Part shown: positions 56,411 to 64,000 of the stretch, in pieces | How positions within the stretch are numbered: the stretch's first letter is position 1 | Layout: every line of letters begins with the position of its first letter | Source: Octopus sinensis | Taxonomy: Eukaryota | Assembly (NCBI RefSeq): GCF_006345805.1 | Contig: NC_043008.1 | Coordinates: 38,316,001 to 38,380,000 of the forward strand | Reading direction: 5' to 3' | DNA length: 64,000 nt | Position numbers and translations under genes: made by a program | Notes under the pieces: generated by a model | What the model saw: the letters and a program-made list of their open reading frames with translations, nothing else | Told to the model about the DNA's origin: nothing | Databases searched by the model: none

Positions 56411-56493
56411 ATATTATATTATATATATATATATAATATATATATATATATATCTATATATATATATATACATATATATATGTATGTATATGC

Positions 56494-56552
<59 letters not shown>

Positions 56553-56750
56553 CATATATATATATATATATGTGTGTATGTATATGTATATATACATACA
56601 TATATATATATGTGTATATATATGTATATATATATACATATATATATGTGTGTGTGTGTGTGAGTGTATGTATATATATATATATATACATGTGTGTGTA
56701 CATATATATATATGTATGTATGTATTTATATTATATGTATGAGCACGTGT
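56230..56750. repeat. Large (TA)/(TG) microsatellite
   Basis: Visible directly. Confidence 0.95.
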
Positions 56751-57933
56751 GTAAATGTAGTTGCTTGATGTACTGTTTGAATGTATAATTTATATGTGGT
56801 GTGTTTGTACTTTTATTAGATGCTTATTTTCATGTCTTTTAAGTTCAGTAAACTTACACACTCACAAAACGTGTATATCTAAATGAAGTAAACCCACCCC
56901 CACCCCCGCTATGTATACACATCTGCAAAGGCATGTGGCTTTCTGTTTAGGAAATGAGATTTAGAATCACAAGATGTATGTTTGATTCTTGGAGCGGCTG
57001 ACACTTTGTATCTTTGAGCAAGGCACTTCATCTCCTATTTCTCTTGTCTACTCAACTAAAAACAAGTACCAGCTCATTGATAAGGATCCCTTTGTCTCTG
57101 TCTCTCTCTGCTTATCACTGTCTCTGTCTCCATCTATATATTTATCTCTCTCCCCTGCTATCACATCATAAATGTTTCACTGGATCAACAATGGATAAGC
57201 CAAGAGTGTATCTATGATGTCTGCTCATCACCAAATGCACACCAAAAGCAGCACAGAACATGTTATCCTCTCCTGTTTGTAATCATGTGGCTGAGTATTC
57301 CACGGATAAATGTATTCTTAAAGTAATTCTCAGGAAATATCCAAATATCCGTATGATGCGTCATGTGACAAGACTGGGTTTTTGAATTTCAGATACAATA
57401 TATTTGACAAACTTGCTGACAGTTCTTGCCTACCTGATTTTGTAAAGAAGGCTAGAGCTATTCTATAACTATGGCAAAGGAACTTTCCAAAAGATACCAT
57501 ACCATGGGGTCAATCTTATGTCCTTGTCATTGTAAAGCAATCTTCCTAAACATCTGACAATACAGCATCCATGTGTGTGTGTGTGTCTGTGTGTGTGTGC
57601 TCACGTGTGTATTTATGCTTGTATATATATATATCAACAGACACACAGTGGTTTTCTCTGAGATCCTGTGTACGAAATCCAAAATCCATTCACGAAGCTT
57701 TGGCAGGCTGCAAACTATATGTAGGCACTTGCTCAAGGTGCCAATAAAGTGTGTGATTGAGCTCAAACCTATATAGTTGGGAACGTTTCTTGATCACACA
57801 CACACCACACACACACACACACACACTCACACACACATACACACGCACACATACACACATGATGCATGTATTCATGTACTTGTCTTTTATATTCAGTTTG
57901 TAAGTATATATATATATATTTATATATATATAT

Positions 57934-58501
57934 CGAGGGTGAGTCAAAAAGTAATACCATTTTGTTTAGGACAGATATAATTACCAACACAGGAATATGT
58001 ATCATACATCAAAATGAAGCTGGTCCTCTGTGGATTACATCTCTACTCCTCATCATAGTCACCATTTCTCTCAATAGCAATGTTCCAACTTCAAATAAGA
58101 CCATGTATCTCTGCTCTGTAAAATTCTGTTGACTGTTCTTTGAGCCATTTCTTCACTACAGTTTTCACTTTCTTGTCCCTGAAATAATGTTTGCCTCTCA
58201 AACCCTCTTTCATGGGGCCAAAGAGATGATAGTCTGAAGGTGCTAAATTATTCAAGTGACAAGGAAGTGAAAACTGTAGTGAAGAAGTGGCTCAAAGATC
58301 AGTCAATAGAATTTTACAGGTCAGGGATACATGCTCTCATTCAAAGGTGAAACATTGCTATTGAGAGAAACGATGACTATGTTGAGAAGTAGGGATTTGA
58401 TCCACAGAGGACCAGCTTCATTTTGATGTATGATGTATGTTCCTGTGTTGGTAATTATACCTGTCCTAAACAAAATGGTATTACTTTTTGACTCAACCTC
58501 G
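57934..58501. mobile_element. Mariner-derived fold-back element made of two transposase 3' ends (~256-bp arms)
   Basis: TIR cgagggtgagtcaaaaagtaat / attactttttgactcaacctcg in a (TA)n tract; minus strand APSDYHLFGPMKEGLRGKHY...KKWLKEQSTEFY; plus strand SDKEVKTVVKKWLKDQSIEFYRSGIHALIQR*NIAIERNDDYVEK*. Confidence 0.92.
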
Positions 58502-58517
58502 TATATATATATATAAA

Positions 58518-58737
58518 TATATAATATTAATTAGAGACAAAATCACTATTTTGCAAAACAATTTCATAATTTGAAACTGACTTGAAAATTGGAAATCCAC
58601 CTGAAGATTGTCGATCAGGACATGAAACAATTGTAGTGGCGGTTTTTTTACTTTTTATTAAAATTTTATGTATTGATTAAGTCTTTCCTTGTTTGTTTTG
58701 CAAAATAGTGGTTTTGTCTCTAATAAATATTATATAA
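58518..58737. mobile_element. ~220-bp element with terminal inverted repeats enclosing a hammerhead motif
   Basis: attagagacaaaatcactattttgcaaaacaa (58530-58561) vs ttgttttgcaaaatagtggttttgtctctaat (58693-58724), 31/32 match, extending about 12 bp into AT-rich flanks. Confidence 0.85.
58597..58639 (+). ncRNA. Minimal type I hammerhead ribozyme
   Basis: CCAC-CTGAAGA-T-TGTC(gatcag)GACA-T-GAAAC-AATT-GTA|GTGG: full core, stems I, II and III, palindromic stem III ACAATTGT, predicted cleavage after A58635. Confidence 0.8.
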
Positions 58738-59134
58738 TATTTTACTATAAAATTGGATTTAATCCTAAATCTGATTTTTTCCCTGTAAATTTAGATTTAT
58801 TCCCTAATATTTATTATTATATATAAATATATATATTTCTACATATATTTTTGCATGTGGTTAGGCTACACTACAAAACTAAAATCTGTCTGTGTGTCCA
58901 TATATTTGGAATATTAACTGAACATATTTGCAACTGATTCTTACTGTTTGCTGCCTGGATGCACTGGTAGAACCAGTCTCCATTGAGTTTCCCTGATATT
59001 TCCTTAACTATACGCTATGAAAAGCAAAAACTGTATTTAGATACACTTCATTAAGCATAATATTGGAAATAACGTACTAATGTTTCTACTGATGTCTGGA
59101 TAGAGTCATCCACCATAGAGACGTGTTATGTATG

Positions 59135-59165
<31 letters not shown>

Positions 59166-59559
59166 TTGTGTGTGATTGTATGTGCGATTATGTATGCGAT
59201 TGTTTAAGCAAAAGTGTAACAGCGTCTATGAATGTATGAATGTGTATATGAGTTCGTGTATGTATGTGTGACCATATATGTGTGTGTGTGTGGCTGATGT
59301 GTGTCTATGTAAGTGTATGACAGTATGTGGCCATGTGTGTACATGCGTGTGTCTGTGTGGATGTGTGTGTGTGTGTATGTGTGCATTGATTGTTTGTATG
59401 TGTGTGTGCACATGTGTGTGGCTGTGTGTATAACTATATGTGTGGTTGCGTAAATATATATGTAACACTGTCTATGTATGTAAGAATATGCATAAATCTT
59501 TGTGCATGTGTATATGCATTGAAATATGTATAGGTGCATACATGTGTAGATGCATGTGT

Positions 59560-60190
59560 GTGTATTATGTATGTATGTGTGCATGCATATGTGCATAAGT
59601 ATGGTTATCTGTGTGTATGTATATTTGTGTATGTATATATTTAAGTATATTTGTGTTTGTATATATTTGTGTATGTATATATTTGTGTGAGTATATTTGT
59701 GTAAGTATATATGTGTATGTATATTTATATATGTATATTTGCGTATGTATATATTTGTGTATGTATATTTGTGCATGTATATATTTGCATAAGTATGTAT
59801 ATATTTGTGTATGTATATATGTGTATGTATATTTGTGTATGTATATATTTGTGTAAGTATATTTATGTATGTATATTTGTGTATGTATATATGTATGTAA
59901 GTATATTTGTGTATGCATATTTGTGTAAGTATATTTGTGTGTATATATATTTGTTTAAGTATATATGTGTATGTATATATTTGTGTAAGTATATTTGTGT
60001 ATGTATATATTTGTGTATGTATATTTGTGCATGCATATATTTGTGTGTATATCTTTGTGTAAGTATATATGTGTATGTATATTTGTGTATGTACATATAT
60101 TTGTGTAAGTATATTTGGGTATGTATATATTTGTGTAAGTATATTTGTGTATCTATATATTTGTGTATGTCCGTGTATGCATATTTGTGT
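59560..60190. repeat. Microsatellite-derived minisatellite (atatatttgtgtatgt / aagtatatttgtgtatgt units)
   Basis: Dozens of 14-18-bp variant units. Confidence 0.9.
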
Positions 60191-60471
60191 CAGTGATTAT
60201 GCGTATGCACAGTAATCTATATCAACTGATGTGTAAGAAAGACTAGTTTACAGTTTATAGTCCACCAACAGAGTGCTTTTTTGATGTATTCGCTGGCAAT
60301 GTTATTAAGCTGACACAAAACACCACATGCAGAGACTGCGTTATACTAATACTAAAATTAGGCGAAAGGCCTACAATTACATTGATACTAACACTAGGAG
60401 TAGAGGCTGTTGTTATGCTAACACTAACACGAGTGTTACTAACACTAACGCAAACTGTAGAGGCTCTAGTT

Positions 60472-61134
60472 CAGTGGTTCCCAACCTTTTTATCTAAATG
60501 AGTTTTCCCATAAGGATAAGCATACTAAAATATACTTATCTTTATGTCTACTTTTTTACTTGTTTCAGACTGTGGCCATGCTGGAGCACCGCCTTTAGTT
60601 GAGCAAATCGACTCCAGGACTTATTCTTTGTAAGCCTAGTAGTTATTCTATCGGTCTCTTTTGCCAAACCGCTAAGTTACGGAGATGTAAACACATGAGC
60701 ATCAGTTGTCAAGTGATGTTGGGGAGTGTAGTGGGTGCTTTTGCATGCCACTGGCATGAGGGCCAGTCAGACAGTACTGGCATCGACCACACTCAAATGG
60801 TGCTTTTTACATGCCACCTGCATAGGAACCAGTCTGAACTGTAGTATTTTAAGACCTTTAGGCAATAATGTTGCTTTAAATCTATTTATTGCAAGGAACA
60901 ACTTGGCTTATTTTTCTAATGATTTGCAGAATTCAACATGATTTTGGTCACTGAAAACTGTCTCAGAGAATGCTATTGCTAACTTGCAAAAGTGACTGTG
61001 TGAAAAACAAAAACAGGAATTTTAAAAGGAGTATCTATAAGACTAGTTTTAAATCATCAAATCACTATAGGGGTTCACCAGAATAAAATAGTAATCAAAG
61101 GGATCCCTTGATAAAAACTGTTTGAGAAACACTG
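60472..61134. mobile_element. Non-autonomous hAT (Charlie-like) element with nested SINE fragments
   Basis: Ends cagtggttcccaacc / gtttgagaaacactg; left flank ctctagtt resembles the NTCTAGAN target; right TSD only 4/8; family A (about 60555-60720) and family B (about 60725-60840) pieces inside. Confidence 0.5.
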
Positions 61135-61679
61135 GTATATATTATAACTGGAGGCTGAGACAGCTGCATCAGCACTTACCTGGAAATCATTTTTAATTAA
61201 GTAGACTGGAGCAACATAAAATGAAATATCTTGCTCAAGGATACTACAAGCGAGTCAGTTCAAGATTTGAAACCAGAATCTTATGATAATGAGCCTAATA
61301 CTCAAACCATTATGACTTGCACCTTCGCTATTATTAAAGAATTAATAACTGAGTGTTAATTGATATTTCTCACAAGAGTATATTTATAAAGAACTGGTTC
61401 TGTTGGGGAAAGATTTTCAATGTCAGACCATTTAGACACTTAACTAGACATCCTTAATTTCTTGCATGAATGTGTGGTAAGGAGTGTGCTTCCTAACTAC
61501 TAGGCCTCAGGTTCAGTTTCATAGCAAGGCACCTTGGGTAACTAGTACTTAATTTGTCAACCCCAAAAGGATGAACGGCAAAGCCAACCCCGGCGGAATT
61601 TGAACTCAGAACGTAAAGACAGACAAAATACCGCTAAGCTTTTGAGCCAGCATGCTCATGATTCTGCCTGCGCACCTCT

Positions 61680-61748
<69 letters not shown>

Positions 61749-61779
61749 CCAGAACAAGGGCAGAGCCAGTTCTTACTAG

Positions 61780-61871
61780 CTCTGCTCCTGTCGTGACAGT
61801 GATGGTGAAGAAGCTGACATCTTTATCCACAAGGCTATTATCAATCTTTTATTCAAACATTTAATTGGTAG
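61780..61871 (+). CDS. Candidate exon (92 nt), LCSCRDSDGEEADIFIHKAIINLLFKHLIG
   Basis: Consensus donor AG|gtaagt, weak acceptor ttcttactag; could instead be a transposon fragment. Confidence 0.2.
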
Positions 61872-62609
61872 GTAAGTGCAATTAAAAAGAAAGACATTAT
61901 TTCACAATTCATAGCAACATATATTGAATAAAATAAAAAGAAAGAAAAAGCCATTTCACAAAATAAATAACTATAAAATGTTAAATTAAACAATAGAAAC
62001 TTCTCTGCAATGTGTATATGTGTGTGTTGATATGTGTGAAATACAGCTGTTGATTGCTATAAAGAAAATAACTCAGTAAAAGACAGCTAGAGGCAAGGAA
62101 TTGTGTTCAGCAAGAATTGAATATCATCAAAATTTGTCTGGCTAGAAATGGAGAAAAGATGCCAACACAGAAAAACAAGAACACATTCATTCCCACATTC
62201 ATTCCCACATTCATTCTATTTATGTACATACATACATACATACATAAACATACATACATACATACATACATAAATGCATACATACATACACGCACATACA
62301 TACATACATACATAAACATACATACATACACACATACATACACACATAAATACATACATACATACACACACACACATATATATATATACATATATATATA
62401 TGTACATACACACATGTGCACACATATATAGATTGATGTTAATATATATACATATATACATATGTGCATATATATACACACATACACATATATACATACA
62501 TACACATATTTTTATATGTGTATATATGTGTGTGTACATATATGTATATATGTATGTTCATATGTATGTACATATATGTATATATGTATGTATGTGTGAG
62601 TGTATGTAT

Positions 62610-63050
62610 GGAAGGCACAGTCATGGCATTGTGGTTAAGAAGTTCATATTACAATACCACTAAGTGGTTTCTGTTTTAGTATTACAATGCATCTTTGCCA
62701 AGTGTCTTCTTCTGTAGGCCTAACTTGACCAGGGCTTTGTGTGGGGATGTAAACAGAACCTAAAACAAGCCTGTCATGTGTGTGTGTGTTTGTCTTGACA
62801 TTGCATGGCAATTGTAAATGAGTATGACCTTCATAAAAGGTGTCGTGTTTCATTTTCAGTCTGCTATGAAAACATGTCAAGCCATGGGGAAATATAACCG
62901 TTTCTTGGAAACAGGTGAGGTTGGAGACAGGAAGAGCACCTGGTCCATGCAAAATTCTTCCTCAACCCAATTCTACTGACCCAAGCAAGGATAGAAAAAT
63001 TAACATTAAGATGCTGATGACAATGATGACAATGATGATAATGATGATGA
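62610..63050 (+). mobile_element. Decayed family A head/centre followed by a family B body and (GAT)n tail
   Basis: ggcattgtggttaag...gccaagtgtcttc, then ...ggaaacaggtgaggttggagacaggaagagcacc... Confidence 0.65.
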
Positions 63051-63249
63051 TGATGATGAGGATAACTATAACTATTTCAGAATATTCTAAAGGTAAGTTG
63101 TTTTGCCAAGTTAAATGTAGAACCTTGATTTTATTCCTAGATGTAACTGTTCCTATTCCAGAAACCGTCAAAGTAGCCAATCAGATCTCTGTCATTCTTG
63201 ATGGATGCTATTCACTGGTCCAATCAATTCTATTAAATTAGTATGTAAT

Positions 63250-63419
63250 ATGTTGTTGTTGTTGTTGTTGTTATTATTATTATTATCATCATCATTCAGG
63301 TCACTGCTTGGTATCGAACTTGGAATCTTGAGGTTAGTAGCCCGTGCTCTTAACCACTATGCCAGCCCACGCTTTTAACCCCAAGGTTCCGAGTTAGATT
63401 CCAGGTAGTGACCTGAATG

Positions 63420-63458
<39 letters not shown>

Positions 63459-63630
63459 GTAATAATAATAATAACAACAACAACATTGAAAAATACCTTA
63501 AGAATGAGAATCCAGGTTCGAAATTTCCCCAAGACACCTGATGAAGGCTGGAGAGTATATCAGCCGAAATATTGTGTTAACAACAAACAAGATGAGGACA
63601 AATATCCATCAAATGTAAATAATGTAAATA
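63250..63630. mobile_element. tRNA-headed SINE-like element with an inverted 5' duplication, (TAA)n(CAA)n spacer and hammerhead-bearing tail
   Basis: Minus copy with A box tggcatagtgg and B box gttcgatac (63250-63365) faces a plus copy lacking the A box (63371-63486); the tail follows. Confidence 0.8.
63533..63578 (+). ncRNA. Minimal type I hammerhead ribozyme-like motif
   Basis: GACAC-CTGATGA-A-GGCTG(gagagtatat)CAGCC-GAAA-T-A-TT|GTGTT; zero-loop palindromic stem III (ATAT); AUU triplet. Confidence 0.65.
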
Positions 63631-63649
63631 ATGTTCATCATTGTCATCA

Positions 63650-63960
63650 CAATGACCATCATCATCATCTTCATCACTGTCATTTAACATCTAGCATCCA
63701 TGCTGGCAAGGGTTGGACAGTTTGGTGAGTGAGAGTACTGCACCAAGCTGCACTTCCTGGTTTGGCATGGTTTCGATGCCTGGATGCTCATCCTAACACC
63801 AGCAACTTTACAAAGTGTATGAGATGGTTTTTTTTTTGTGGCATCAGCATTAGTAGTGGTTACTTTATAACTTGCATGACTGGGCCCTAATTTGGCCCCT
63901 ATAAATAAGGGAGATTAGAAGAAAGAGTGGACAATGATCCATGTCAGAGGGATGAGGGAT
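63650..63960 (-). mobile_element. Decayed SINE family B
   Basis: catttaacatctagcatccatgctggcaagggttggacagtttg...ggatgctcatcctaacacc. Confidence 0.7.
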
Positions 63961-64000
63961 GGTAGGTAAGAACAGAGGAATGGGGGAGTGTGACGGAGAA

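Overview
Eukaryotic, AT-rich, extremely repeat-dense DNA. The microsatellite load ((TA)n, (CA)n, (TATG)n, (GATA)n, (GAT)n, (TAA)n) and the recurring tRNA-headed SINE families point to an octopod cephalopod (Octopus sp.); this is inferred from repeat style, not from a marker gene. No intact protein-coding gene can be shown, and almost all ORFs in the supplied track are microsatellite artefacts. The window looks intronic or intergenic. It holds dozens of SINE copies from about five modular families, 3' fragments of RLE-type (R4/NeSL-like), RTE, CR1 and Tx1/L1 LINEs, a DD37D (maT) Tc1/mariner remnant, a mariner foldback element, hAT remnants and a probable Penelope fossil. A few short plus-strand exon candidates have good splice sites, but their product is unidentified. 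The most interesting signal is three well-formed minimal type I hammerhead ribozyme motifs (49771-49873, 58597-58639, 63533-63578) plus two decayed ones. They sit in different short non-autonomous elements, one bounded by terminal inverted repeats and one carrying a tRNA-like Pol III head with an inverted 5' duplication, which suggests a Penelope-mobilised, retrozyme-like system. The window is also rich in long fold-back hairpins. Coordinates of decayed repeats are approximate, and all folding and translation was done by eye.
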